Part shown: positions 1 through 10,882 of the stretch, one piece after another
Layout: each line of letters begins with the position of its first letter
How positions within the stretch are numbered: the stretch's first letter is position 1
DNA from: an uncultured Gemmatimonadales bacterium
GTDB lineage: Bacteria > Gemmatimonadota > Gemmatimonadetes > Gemmatimonadales > GWC2-71-9
Direction of reading: 5' to 3'
DNA: 64,000 bases
Assembly: GCA_963728915.1 (NCBI GenBank)
Contig: CAVSLV010000001.1
Location: 1,632,001 to 1,696,000, forward strand
The notes under the pieces: generated by a model
The model's database searches: none
Seen by the model: the letters and a program-made list of their open reading frames with translations, nothing else
What the model was told of the DNA's origin: nothing
Program-made: the position numbers and the translations under genes

Positions 1-1032
1 GACGAATCCCGCCTCGCCCCCTTCCGGGGCGTCATAGACGAAGCGTACTCCCCGGAATTCGATCCGCGCGCCGTCCGACGCTATCTGCGCCTGGGGCACC
101 ACAGCCTCGGACGCCGTCGCGAGAGACAGCCCGAGGGAGTGGATCCGATCGAACGCGGCCTGGCCTCGCTGAAAAACCGGCAGCGCGCCCAGCAGGCCCC
201 AGATCGGAGTCATCGCGAAGAGCGCGACGAAGAGGTAGCCGGTCAGGGACTCGATTGGCACATTCTGGATGGCGGGAAGCACGAAAAGCATGCCCCCGAC
301 GATCCCGAAGAACACGACCTGGGCCCATCCGTCTCCCACGAGATATTGATACGTCGCGACGAGGTTGAGCCGCCGGAGCCGGGTCGCGCTCGCCATCACG
401 TCCTGCTCCAGTACCTCGCGCCGCCGGACGCGGCTCATCTTGAGCTCCTTGATGCCGTCGGTGAGCACCCGGAAGTGTCGAAACAGGGTGTCCCGTTCGG
501 CCCGGGCCGCCACCACGGCCTTGAAGGCCCGACGCATGAGAACCCGGTAACTCAACCCTCCGATCAGGCCGAACAGACCGAGCAGCACCGAGGCGCGCCA
601 GGAGAGGGTGGCGAGGTAGACCAGGCAGCCCACCAGAATGGCGCCGCTAGTGATGACCGAGGGGATGGCCTGCAGCGCGCTCGCCATGATCACGACGTCG
701 TCGGTCAGCGTGGTCAGAATCCGGGCGGGTCCGAGTCGCTCGAGAGTGCGGAATGGAGTTTCGAGAACCTCCATGGCAATGTCTTCGGTGAGCTGGAGCA
801 CCGAGCGCTGGGCGAACCGCACGACCAGGAGCTGGGCCAGCAGGTTGCTGGCGATGCGGACGACCAGAATGAACAGAAACAACGGGACCAGGCGGGCCCG
901 CTGGGGAGCATGAATCGCCGTATTGAGCAGAGCGATGATCGCGGTGCTGGCCAGTCCGCTCAGGACCCCGACAAGCGTGACCATCAGAACGCTTCGCCAC
1001 GCCGTTCGGAGGAGGAACCGAAGGAGGGTCAC
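1..1032 (-). CDS. Cyclic-peptide export ABC transporter (SyrD/PvdE family), N-terminal transmembrane part; continues beyond the left edge
   Basis: Not in the ORF track because it has no stop in the window. Manual translation from GTG 1032 (GTGA overlap with the NRPS stop) gives MTLLRFLLRTAWRSVLMVTLVGVLSGLASTAIIALLN...LERLGPARILTTLTDDV...FRVLTDGIKELKM...RIEFRGVRFVYDAPEGGEAGFV. The multiple TM helices, the L..G.KELK motif and the start of the ATPase domain match the SyrD/PvdE type. Confidence 0.9.
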   Translation of the reverse strand, partial: MTLLRFLLRTAWRSVLMVTLVGVLSGLASTAIIALLNTAIHAPQRARLVPLFLFILVVRIASNLLAQLLVVRFAQRSVLQLTEDIAMEVLETPFRTLERLGPARILTTLTDDVVIMASALQAIPSVITSGAILVGCLVYLATLSWRASVLLGLFGLIGGLSYRVLMRRAFKAVVAARAERDTLFRHFRVLTDGIKELKMSRVRRREVLEQDVMASATRLRRLNLVATYQYLVGDGWAQVVFFGIVGGMLFVLPAIQNVPIESLTGYLFVALFAMTPIWGLLGALPVFQRGQAAFDRIHSLGLSLATASEAVVPQAQIASDGARIEFRGVRFVYDAPEGGEAGFV

Positions 1033-4000
1033 GGACTTTCCGGCAGGGCTTCCTCGATCCATCCTCGCAGGACTTCCGCGAGCCGGTAGACATGGGGGAC
1101 CTGATGGACCTGTCCCGAGTCCTTGGCTGGAATGCGAACCACTTCAGAGGGGCCTGCCGCCAGGGCACGCCAGGTCAATCGAGGATCTCTTTCGCCATCG
1201 ATCAGAGGACGATTCAAAACCAGACGGAGCGAACCGGGGTAAGGCCTGGGGACATAGTGGGCGGCCGCGAACCGGTTACGGAGGATGACGAGATCCCGAT
1301 ACAGGGCGTCCTTGTCACCACGATAGACGTCACCGGTTCCGATGATTTCGGTGAGGACCCCGGCCTTTTTCCGAAGATATCCAAGGCTCTCGCGGAAGGG
1401 CCGACTCCGGATTTCCCGGTAGTACCGGCCAATGCCATCGCGCAGAAACTGAACCCGCTGCACAAAGGTCGACCGGTAGCGGTTTCGCAGGCGGGTCGTC
1501 GGTGGCCAAGTCTCGATCATCACCAGCAGAGAGGTCGTTTCGGAACTCTGGAGCAGCTGCTGGGCAAGCTCGTAGGCCACCACCCCACCGATACAGACCC
1601 CCGCGAGGAAGTACGGGCCTCGGGGCTGGACCCGGCGTATTTCTCTGGCAAAATTGGCGGCGATCTCTTCAATCCGGTCGAGGGGTTCGGCCTCGGCATC
1701 CAGCCCCACCGAGCGGAGGCCGTACAACGGCTGGTTCGACCCAAGCGCCCGGGCCAGCGGGCCGTAGCTGAGGATTTCTCCGCTCAGCCCAGGAATCACG
1801 AACAACGGCGGCCTCAGCCCATGCGGCTGGATCGCGGCCACCCGCGCCGGGGCTCGCGAAGACCGGACTACCGGACTCTCCGCCGAGGAGCCCGCCTGCA
1901 CCTCTGCCAAATGCTCGGCGATCCCCCGCACGGTCTGATGGCGAAAGAGATCCACCACCGATACCGTAGCGCCGGTGGCGGTTGCCAGCCTGCGTTGCAG
2001 CTGCAGCAGCAGCAGCGAGTGGCCACCCAGATCGAAGAAGTTGTCTTCCGCGCTCACTCGTTTCACGCCCAGCAACTCACTCCAGATCGTTGCCACCGTG
2101 CTCTCGAGGCCTTCCGCGGGCGGCACAAACAGACCTGTGCCGGCCGACAATCCATCGGGCGCGGGCAAGGCGGTACGATCCACCTTCCCGTTCGCGGTCA
2201 GGGGGATCGAATCGAGCCAGACAATCGATGTAGGAATCATGTGCTCGGGCAGCCGCTGCCGCATCATGTCGCGCAGGCCGTGGGCAGACACGGAGCGCTC
2301 GTTGGCGGGGACCACATAGGCCACCAGACGACGGTTGCCGGGTTGATCCTCCCGGGCGACGACCGCCGCGGCGCCCACATCGGGATTCGCCAAGAGAGTG
2401 GCCTCGACTTCCCCGGGTTCGATGCGGAAGCCCCGGATCTTGAGCTGATCATCGAGCCGGCCCAGAAATTCGAGAATCCCTTCCGAGCGCCAGCGAACCC
2501 GATCTCCAGTCCGGTAGAGCCGTCCGCCCCCCGAGGGGGCGAAGGGGTCCTGAATGAATCGCTGGCTGGTGAGCTCAGGGGCGCCGTGATATCCCCGGGA
2601 AACCGGAACACCGCCGACGTACAGCTCTCCGGCGACCCCAATGGGGACCGGTTGCAACCGCTCATCGAGAACGTACACCCGGGTGTTGCCGATGGGACGG
2701 CCAATCGGGACGATCGCGCCGCGGTCGCGATTATCACAGGTCCAGGTTGTGACGTTGATGGTGGTTTCGGTGGGGCCGTAGGTGTTGACCAGGGCGGTTC
2801 CCAGCTCGAATTCACGGCAGCGGGCGAAGAACCGGGTTTCCAGGGCGCTGGGCAGTGCTCCACCACCGCAGAATACCCGACGGAGCGTGGTGCAGGATCC
2901 GAAGGCCGGAGCGTCGATGAAGAACCCGAGCATGGAGGGGACGAAGCGGGTCTGGGTGATCTTGTTGCGAAGAACCAGGGCGGCGAGCGCGGCCGGATCC
3001 CGGAGGTCCTCCGATGGCGCGATGACCACCGTCGCCCCCGAAACCAGGGGCCAGAAGAGAGAGCGAATCGAGACATCGAAGGAGAAGCTGGTGGTATGCA
3101 GGATCCGGTCTTCGGGCTTCAGGGGAAAACTCGACCGCATCCAGGCGATGAAATTCGTGAGACCGTAGTGCTCGACCACGACCCCCTTGGGCTTTCCGGT
3201 CGATCCCGAGGTGTACAGCATGTAGGCCGCGTGAGACCGGTTGGAGGAGACCATGGGACTGGTGTCGGGCTGGGCGGCGATCAGCTCCCGGTCGCCCTCC
3301 AGGGTCACCACGCGGCACCCCAGATCGGCAAACTCCCCGGCTTCAAGCCCCGGGAGGACGAGCACGCCGAGACCCGCGTCCTCGATCATGAACCTGAGTC
3401 TTGCGACCGGATTGTCCGGGTCCAGGGAGACAAAGGCGGCCCCGGCCTTCAGGATACCCAGCAGGGCGACCACCAGCTCGGTGGAGCGATCGAGGCAGAG
3501 GCCGACCCGGGTTTCCGGACCCGCACCCAGCGCAATCAGATGATGGGCAAACCGGTTGGCGGCCGCGTTCAGCTCCCGATAGGTGAGCGCGGTGTCGCCC
3601 ATCTGGAGCGCGGGAGCGTCCGGAGTGTGAGCGGCCTGGGCCTCCACCACCTGGTGCACCGACTGATCGAGCATGGGGTCATCGAAGGTCGTGTGGTTCC
3701 ACTCATGGAGGACCCGGTGCCGTTCCGATTCGGTGAGCAGGGGCAGTTCCGAGACCCGCCGCTCCGGCCCTTCCACCATCGCCGTGACAATCCGGAGAAA
3801 GTGCGCGGCCATCCGCTGGAGAGTCGCCGGCTCGAAGAGATCCCGGTTGTACTCGAAACAGGCGGACAAGTCGCCTTCGCCGTCGGTCACGATGAGGCTC
3901 AGCTCGAAGATCGCCCCCGCGCTGATAATGTCGTAGCCTCCGCTTCCAGGCGTGTTATGAAAGACGAACGAAGCCTGGAACAGCGGTGAGCGCGCCAGGT

Positions 4001-5246
4001 CGCGGTCGGTTCGGACCTGCTCGACGATCTTCTCGAAGGGGTACTCGGCGTGCTCCTGGGTTTCCAGCATGTCGGCATGGACCCGCCGGATGACGGTGCG
4101 CACGCCGGGGTCGTCGGCCAGGTTCACCCGGAGCATCATGGTGCTCACGAACATGCCGATCATGGACTCGAGCTCCACTCGAGTGCGATTGGCGACCGGC
4201 GTACCGATGACAATCGCCCCCTGTCCGGAGTATCGGTGGAGCAGGATATTGAAACCGGCGAGCAGGGCGCTCGAGAGCGTCGCGTTGTTGCTCCGCCCCA
4301 GGGCGCGAAGCCCCTGGGCCACGGTCGCAGGGACCGGGAAGACGTGCACCGCCCCTCGCGATCCGAGCTCGGGTGGGCGGGTAAAGTCGGTGGGGAGATC
4401 CAGGGGCGCGAGCGGCGGCGCCAGCTTGGTGCGCCAATAGCTCTCGTGGTGACTCTGATCGCTTTCCTCGAACTGGCGACGAACCGCGTACGCGTAGTCG
4501 GCGTACTGCCACTCCAGCGGCGCCAGGGGCACCTCCCTCCCGAAGTGCTCGGCCACATACAGCGCACGAAGCTCCCGGACCACGATGCCGAGCGACCACC
4601 CATCGGCGATGATGTGATGGAGGACCATGAGGAATCGGGCCGAGGTTCCGGTCCGGATCAGAAGGGCGCGAACCGGTGGCGCGGCCTCCAGCCGGAAAGG
4701 CCGCTGCACTTCCTCCCGCTCGATCTGGGCTGCGGCGGCGGCCATGGCCGCCTCGTCCCCATCAGGAACAATTTCGACCCGGACGGTTGGAAGGATCTTG
4801 GTGACTTCCTGGACCGGCACCCCATCCAGATTGGGAAAGGCGGTCCGCAGGATGTCGTGACGCCGGGCGAGCAGCCCGAGGGCCCGCTCCAGGACGGCCG
4901 GATCGGGAGCTACCGGGAGAGGAAGGTGAAGCCCGAGGTTGTAGGCGGGATCATCCGGGTTCAGTTGATGGAGGAACCACAGCCGTTGCTGAGCGAAGGA
5001 AAGAGGACGCGGCGCATGGGGGGGAACTCGTCGGAGATGGAGCTCAACCGGTGACTGGCCGAGGCGGAGGAAGGAGACGATCTCCGGTTTTCGTCGCGCG
5101 ATTTCGGCCCGAATCTCCTCACTGAGGACTCCTTCCGGGGCCGAACACGCCAGCGCATCTCCGTTCAAGGAGATTCGGATCCCTTTGCCGGCGAGCTCCC
5201 GCAGGAAGGACACAGTCTTTCGTTCCAACCCGGATGTCGCTGTCAA
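1029..5246 (-). CDS. Terminal NRPS: TubC-like N-terminal docking domain, C, A, PCP, thioesterase
   Basis: Intact 1405-aa ORF. Motifs: LRELAGKGIRISLNGDALACSAPEG (beta-hairpin docking), HHIIADGWS (C), YTSGSTGKPKG / YGPTE / YRTGD (A), FFDLGGHSL (PCP), GVCIGG (TE). GGAG lies upstream of the TTG start. Confidence 0.95.
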   Translation of the reverse strand: MTATSGLERKTVSFLRELAGKGIRISLNGDALACSAPEGVLSEEIRAEIARRKPEIVSFLRLGQSPVELHLRRVPPHAPRPLSFAQQRLWFLHQLNPDDPAYNLGLHLPLPVAPDPAVLERALGLLARRHDILRTAFPNLDGVPVQEVTKILPTVRVEIVPDGDEAAMAAAAAQIEREEVQRPFRLEAAPPVRALLIRTGTSARFLMVLHHIIADGWSLGIVVRELRALYVAEHFGREVPLAPLEWQYADYAYAVRRQFEESDQSHHESYWRTKLAPPLAPLDLPTDFTRPPELGSRGAVHVFPVPATVAQGLRALGRSNNATLSSALLAGFNILLHRYSGQGAIVIGTPVANRTRVELESMIGMFVSTMMLRVNLADDPGVRTVIRRVHADMLETQEHAEYPFEKIVEQVRTDRDLARSPLFQASFVFHNTPGSGGYDIISAGAIFELSLIVTDGEGDLSACFEYNRDLFEPATLQRMAAHFLRIVTAMVEGPERRVSELPLLTESERHRVLHEWNHTTFDDPMLDQSVHQVVEAQAAHTPDAPALQMGDTALTYRELNAAANRFAHHLIALGAGPETRVGLCLDRSTELVVALLGILKAGAAFVSLDPDNPVARLRFMIEDAGLGVLVLPGLEAGEFADLGCRVVTLEGDRELIAAQPDTSPMVSSNRSHAAYMLYTSGSTGKPKGVVVEHYGLTNFIAWMRSSFPLKPEDRILHTTSFSFDVSIRSLFWPLVSGATVVIAPSEDLRDPAALAALVLRNKITQTRFVPSMLGFFIDAPAFGSCTTLRRVFCGGGALPSALETRFFARCREFELGTALVNTYGPTETTINVTTWTCDNRDRGAIVPIGRPIGNTRVYVLDERLQPVPIGVAGELYVGGVPVSRGYHGAPELTSQRFIQDPFAPSGGGRLYRTGDRVRWRSEGILEFLGRLDDQLKIRGFRIEPGEVEATLLANPDVGAAAVVAREDQPGNRRLVAYVVPANERSVSAHGLRDMMRQRLPEHMIPTSIVWLDSIPLTANGKVDRTALPAPDGLSAGTGLFVPPAEGLESTVATIWSELLGVKRVSAEDNFFDLGGHSLLLLQLQRRLATATGATVSVVDLFRHQTVRGIAEHLAEVQAGSSAESPVVRSSRAPARVAAIQPHGLRPPLFVIPGLSGEILSYGPLARALGSNQPLYGLRSVGLDAEAEPLDRIEEIAANFAREIRRVQPRGPYFLAGVCIGGVVAYELAQQLLQSSETTSLLVMIETWPPTTRLRNRYRSTFVQRVQFLRDGIGRYYREIRSRPFRESLGYLRKKAGVLTEIIGTGDVYRGDKDALYRDLVILRNRFAAAHYVPRPYPGSLRLVLNRPLIDGERDPRLTWRALAAGPSEVVRIPAKDSGQVHQVPHVYRLAEVLRGWIEEALPESP

Positions 5247-5599
5247 CAGAAGAACTCCGAGTCCACGGTCACCTCCGAAGCACTTCTAGCCGTGCAGTTC
5301 GAGATCGACCAACCCGCTGGAATGGAAGGGGTTGTCATAGTGTAGCGATAATCCATCAGTTGCGTAGCAATGTCGCAACACCAGTGACATTCCTCGCACA
5401 ACCATCAATGGCTCAGCTGACATGCTTCTTGCGATGATCACCAATATATAATGTTCAATTAGGCCCTCTCTGGTGCATGGACCGGGCCGCCCTTAATTCG
5501 ATTTGAGGCCGTCGGCTCGCGGTTCCCTTGCCACGCGGGTTCACATCGTCACGGGTTCTATCGGGGAGGTCCAGGGCCTTGGTCGAGGGGGAGAATCCG
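5247..5599. promoter_or_regulatory. Divergent promoter region between the two arms of the cluster
   Basis: Non-coding, AT-richer gap between divergent genes. It has a perfect TATAAT at 5447-5452 and overlapping inverted repeats at 5359-5391. Confidence 0.55.
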
Positions 5600-6370
5600 T
5601 TGTCGACATCGATGGCGACGCCATCAACACCGTGGATCCTTGAGGGCCAGCCCGGTCAGCCTGCCTGGCCGCAGCTCTTCTGCTTTTCGCATGCGGGTGT
5701 CGGCGCCACATCCTATCGAACCTGGCAGGCAGCCGCAGGGAAGAACCTCTCTATCACCCGAATCCAGCTTCCGGGCCGGGAGAACCGCATTCGCGAACCC
5801 CTGTTTGATTCCATCCCGCCTCTGGTCGCGGCCCTCGTGGAAGCGCTCGCTCCTCGGTTGTCCAGGACCTTCGCGTTCTTCGGGCAAAGCCTGGGAGCGA
5901 CGCTCGCTTTCGAGACCGCCCGGGCTCTCAGGCAAGCCGGGGCCCCCATGCCCCTCGCGCTGGGTGTCGCGGCGGCGCGCGCGCCTCAACTTCCCTGGCC
6001 GCACCCTACTATTCGGCATCTGGAGGACATTCCTCTCCTCGGGGAAGTCCAGCGCCGATACGGTTCGATTCCTGCCGTAATGATGGAGGATCGCGACCTC
6101 CGCGAGGTCCTGCTGCCCACGTTGCGCGCCGATTTGACGATGGTGGAAACCTACCAGTATCAGGATCAATCACCCTTCGATTTTCCCATCGTGGCCTTCG
6201 GGGGAGAACAGGACCACATGGTGACCCGGGCCGAGGTCGCCGCGTGGGAAGGGCAGACCACCGGCCGGTTCCGACTCCGCTTCTATCCGGGCGGCCATCT
6301 CTTCTGCTCCGAGGAGGCGGCCTCGATTCTGACCGAGATGCGGAGCGTCATGGGACTGGACGCCGCGTGA
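5600..6370 (+). CDS. Type II (editing) thioesterase, GrsT/RifR-like
   Basis: Motifs LFCFSHAGVGA, QLPGRENR, FFGQSLG, LPTLRADL, PGGHLF. Start chosen at TTG 5600 after GGGGAG; ATG 5612 is an alternative. Confidence 0.92.
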   Translation: MSTSMATPSTPWILEGQPGQPAWPQLFCFSHAGVGATSYRTWQAAAGKNLSITRIQLPGRENRIREPLFDSIPPLVAALVEALAPRLSRTFAFFGQSLGATLAFETARALRQAGAPMPLALGVAAARAPQLPWPHPTIRHLEDIPLLGEVQRRYGSIPAVMMEDRDLREVLLPTLRADLTMVETYQYQDQSPFDFPIVAFGGEQDHMVTRAEVAAWEGQTTGRFRLRFYPGGHLFCSEEAASILTEMRSVMGLDAA

Positions 6371-9300
6371 GCTCCGGCCCCATCGCGATCGTCGGGATTG
6401 CCTGCCGGTTTGCCGGGGGGATCACGAACGTCGAGAGTTTCTGGAAGACCGTCCTCCTCGGAGTTGACGCGATCGGGGAGATCCCCGCCGATCGCATGAG
6501 GGTGGACTCGCTGTACGACCCCAATCCGTCGACTCCAGGGAAGATGATCACGCGCTGGGGCGGGTTCCTTGACCGGATCGACGAATTCGACGCCGAGTTT
6601 TTCGGGATTTCCCCCCGGGAAGCGGAACGGATGGATCCCCAGCAGCGCATTCTCTGCGAGCTCGCCTGGGAAACCGTGGAGGATGCCGGGATCGATCCAG
6701 ACCAACTCGAGGGACGGCGGGTCGGGGTCTACATCGGTCAGTGGACCGGCGACTTCGAGAGCCGGCTTTTCGCCGAATCGTCCCAGGTGGACTTCCTGGC
6801 AACGCAGGGGACTGGCCGATACGCGACGTCGGGACGGCTCTCCTACGTCCTCGGGCTGCGAGGCCCCAGTCTCACGATCGATACCGCCTGCTCCTCGTCT
6901 CTGGCCGCGGTGCACCTCGCGTGTCAGGCGATTCGCTCCGGGGACTGCGAGGCCGCCCTGGCGGGCGGGGTGAACCTCATCCTGCAGCCCGAGATCACGG
7001 TGGCCTACTCCCAAGTCCGGATGATGGCCTCCCGGGGACGCTGCCGTTTCGGGGACGCCGACGGGGATGGATACGTTCGGAGCGAGGGCGCGGGGCTGGT
7101 GCTGCTCAAGCCACTTTCCCGGGCGGTCCTCGATGGGGACCGGATCTACGCGGTGATCCGCGGTTCGGCGATCAACAACGACGGCCGCAGCAGCGGCGTG
7201 ATGGGAAGGCCAAGCCAGGTGGGCCACGAGGAGATGCTCCGCTCGGCCTATGCCGCCGCCGGGGTGCCCCCCGCCAGCATCGGGTATGTCGAAGCCCATG
7301 GCACCGGGACCCGGGCTGGAGACCCGGTGGAAGTTGCCGCGCTCGCGAGCGTTCTCGGGAGCGACCGATCCCCTGCCCAACCCGCATGGGTCGGCTCGAT
7401 CAAGACGAACTTCGGTCATACGGAAGCGGCTGCGGGCGTGGCGGGGCTCATCAAGGCTGCCCTCGCGCTCTATCGCGAAACGATTCCTCCGAGCCTTCAT
7501 TTCGATCATCCCAGTCCGCTGATTCCCTGGCAGGAGATTCCCCTCCGGATTCCCCGAAGCGCGGTTCCCTGGCCGCGTGGGCATGCCCCTCGACTGGCGG
7601 CGGTCAACTCCTTCGGCATCGCGGGCTCCAACGCGCATGCCATTCTGGAGGAAGCACCAGCTCTGACCTCCACGCCGAACCCTTCGAAAGACGGCCCCGT
7701 CCTTCTAGTCCTCAGCGCACGGAGTGAACCCGCGCTCCGCGAGCTCGCCGGGAGATACGCCCAGGCTCTCCCAACCAGTCCACCCGGCCTTCGGGATTTC
7801 TGCGCCTCCGCAGCTCTGGGGCGCGCCGCCCTCTCCATCGAGCGGCCTTTGTGGCCGAATCGGTTTCCGAGTTGCAAGATCGTTTGGAGCGGTTTGCCCG
7901 CGGAGAGGGGGCGGCCGCGGATGCCGGAGGCGTGGTGACGGATGAGGCGCGGATCAGACGAATCGGTTTCGTCTTTCCCGGGCAGGGATCGCAATGGCTG
8001 GGCATGGCGCGGGAGCTTCTGGCCAGCTCAGCGGTCTTCCGGAGCTCCATGGAGGCCTGCGAGCGGAGCCTCGGGTCGAAGGTTGCCTGGTCGCTTCTCG
8101 ATCTCCTCGGCAATCCGCACAACGCGGACTGGCTCGAGGACATCGCGATCGTTCAGCCGGTCCTTGTCGCGGTCGAGATTTCCCTTGCGGCGGTGTGGGA
8201 TTCCCTCGGTATCACGGCGGAGGCCCTGGTCGGTCACAGCATGGGCGAGATCGCGGCGGCTCAGGCTGGCGGAATGCTCTCGCTGGACGATGCCATGACG
8301 ATCGTCTGCGCGAGGAGCGCCCTCATGAATCGGCTTCGCGGTGCGGGCGGAATGGCGGTGGTGGAGCTCTCGGCGGAAGGGGCCGCCGAGAGGATCGCCC
8401 CTCACCGGAAAACGCTCACCATTGCCGCGGAGAATGCGCCGCGCTCGACCGTCGTCAGCGGAAGCCCTCAGGCCCTCGATCGTCTGCTCGCGTCCCTCGA
8501 AAGCGAGGCGATCTTCGCTCGCCGGATCAAGGTCAACGTCGCTTCCCATGGTCCCCAGATGGATCCTCTGGTGCCCGAGCTGGTGGACCGGACTCGGGAC
8601 GTCACTCCCCGGAACGGAGCGGTTCCGCTCTACTCGACCGTGACGGGGACTCGTCTCGCGGGCGCCGCCATGGACGCCTCCCATTGGGGCCGGAACCTCC
8701 GGGAGCCGGTCCGGTTTCGGCAGGCGATCGCGGCGATGGTCTCCGACGGAATCGACGCATTTCTCGAAGTGAGCCCGCATCCCATCCTGCTTCCCGCCAT
8801 GGAGGAGCTGGCCCGCGAGAGCGGCAGCAGGGTCCAGACCTTCGCCTCGTTGCGGCGCGAGGATCCGGAATGGCGGTCCTTGCTGGCCACCGTCGGCGCT
8901 CTCTTTTCCGCCGGATACCCGGTCGATTTCTCCCGGCTCTATCCCGGAGAACACACGCGGGTGGCACTTCCGCTCTACCCCTGGCAGCGACAACACTATT
9001 GGGCCAAAGAGGCTGCGCTCCGAGATTCGGCCAGAGAATCAGACCCAGCGCCTGAACCCGACCCCTCCGCTCGTGAGTGGCTGTACAAGCTCGAGTGGCG
9101 GTCCCACCCGATCGAGGCGGGACACCCAGTTCGGCCGGCGTCCTGGCTGGTGGTAGGGGACCAACCCCTCGCCCTCGAGATCACCCGGACCCTCCGCGAT
9201 GCGGGTCAGGCGGCCGAGATCACGACGCTCTCGGCGCTCGAGCCAGCGCTTGGGGGCATCACCGATCCGAATCTCCAGATCGTGGTGATCGCCCCCGAAT

Positions 9301-10882
9301 CAAGCGCTGCTCCCTTGCTTCCAGTGCAGGTCCTGCAAGGGGTCCTGCGAAGCCGGGCTTCGGCCCGAACCTGGTTCGTGACCACGGGGAGTCAGGCAGT
9401 TCGCTCAGTTGGGTCATCGCTCCTCTCGGCCGATCAGGCGGCGCTCTGGGGCGCGGCTCGGGTGGTGGCCGAAGAACATCCGGAGCTCTGGGGCGGGCTG
9501 ATCGACCTGGAGCCGGCCTCTCCCATTGATGGACAGGCCAGGGTCCTGGTGCGACACCTGTTGGCCGGCGATGGTGAGGATCAGGTTGCCTTCCGGGGGG
9601 AGGAGCGGTTCGCCCTGCGCCTCGCCCGCCTCGATCCGCCGGATCCCGGACACCACGGCTGGAGATCCGACGGGGCCTACCTCATCACCGGAGGTCTCGG
9701 GGGAATCGGACTCAAGCTCGCGTCGTGGTTGGCAGACCGGGGAGTTCGCCGGCTGATTCTCGCGGGGCGGAGTCCGCTGCCACCCCGGGAGCAGTGGCTC
9801 TCGCCGGACCACGACAAACTGACGGCGTCACGCATTGCCGCCATTCGTTCCCTGGAAGCGCGAGGGGTCGCGATCCAGATCGAGAGCCTGGATGTGGCGG
9901 ATGAAGCCCAGCTGGTCGCGTTCGCGGAGCGTTATCAGCGTGAGGCATGGCCTCCGATCCGGGGGGTATTTCACCTCGCGACCCATTTTGAGAACTCGCT
10001 GGCGGAGAGGATGACGCGCCAGGTCTTCGAGCAGGTCGTCGATTCGAAGCTCACCGCCGCCCGGTTCCTCGACCGGGTCTTTCCGGAGGTCGAGCGCTTC
10101 ATCGCATTTTCCTCGATCATGGCCTACTTGCCGCAAGCGGGCCAAGCCAACTACGCGGCAGCGAATGCGGGTCTCGAAGTCATCGCTGCGAACCGTCGCG
10201 CGCGGGGACTCGAGGCGGTGGCGATCGCCTGGGGCCCGTGGAAAGGCGTCGGACTCCTTCGGAAGGAGCGCGTCACCAACGCTGTCGCAGAGATGGAACG
10301 CCAAGGCATCCGAGACCTGAGTCCCGAGTCCGCCCTCGGAATGCTCTCCTGGCTGATCGCGGCGGATAGATCCCTGGCGGTGGCGGCCAAATTCGACTGG
10401 ATGGCGTTCCGGACCAACCGGGGGGACGGCCGTGGCCGCTCCTTCGGGACCTCCTGGCCGAAGCCGGCCCTCCCTCGCCATCGGAGCGGGAGCCGTCCTC
10501 GCGCCCGCCCGAGATGCACTATCGATCGATCGAGAAGCTGGTCGTTGAAACGGTATCGGCGGTCCTGAAACTCCCGGTCGACCGGCTGGATACCCAACGC
10601 GCGCTGGGCAGCTACGGACTCAACTCCCTCCTGGCCATGGAGCTCAGGAACCGTCTCGAGACTGTGCTGGAACGGCCCCTTTCAGCCACGATCGCCTGGA
10701 ACTACCCCACCATCGTCGCGCTGACCGGGTTCCTTGCCGGCGACTCCAATGCGACCCGGACCTCCAAGCCGGTCCAGGGCGCTCCAGCGGCATCGGTTGC
10801 CTGGGGCATCGCCGACGTCGCGGGTTTGTCCGACGAGGAAGCCATTATCGCGCTGCGGGCTGGGCGCCCCAAGTCCCCCTGA
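6367..10882 (+). CDS. PKS1: KS-AT-KR-ACP (reconstructed across frameshifts near 7840 and 10440-10520)
   Basis: GTG 6367 overlaps the TEII stop. [26 protein letters not shown] and VASH; KR GGLGGIG and NYAAAN; ACP GLNSLLAMELR. Fragments are ORFs 6244..7938, 7851..10568 and 10514..10882. Confidence 0.88.

Noticed and set aside
139..5054. Long plus-strand ORFs 139..1089, 1092..3989 and 4050..5054
   Set aside because: Antisense shadows of the ABC transporter and NRPS in high-GC DNA; no recognisable motifs.
5417..5433. Sigma-54-like element TGACAT-N5-TTGC
   Set aside because: The near-invariant -24 GG reads GA, so it is not supportable as a sigma-54 promoter.
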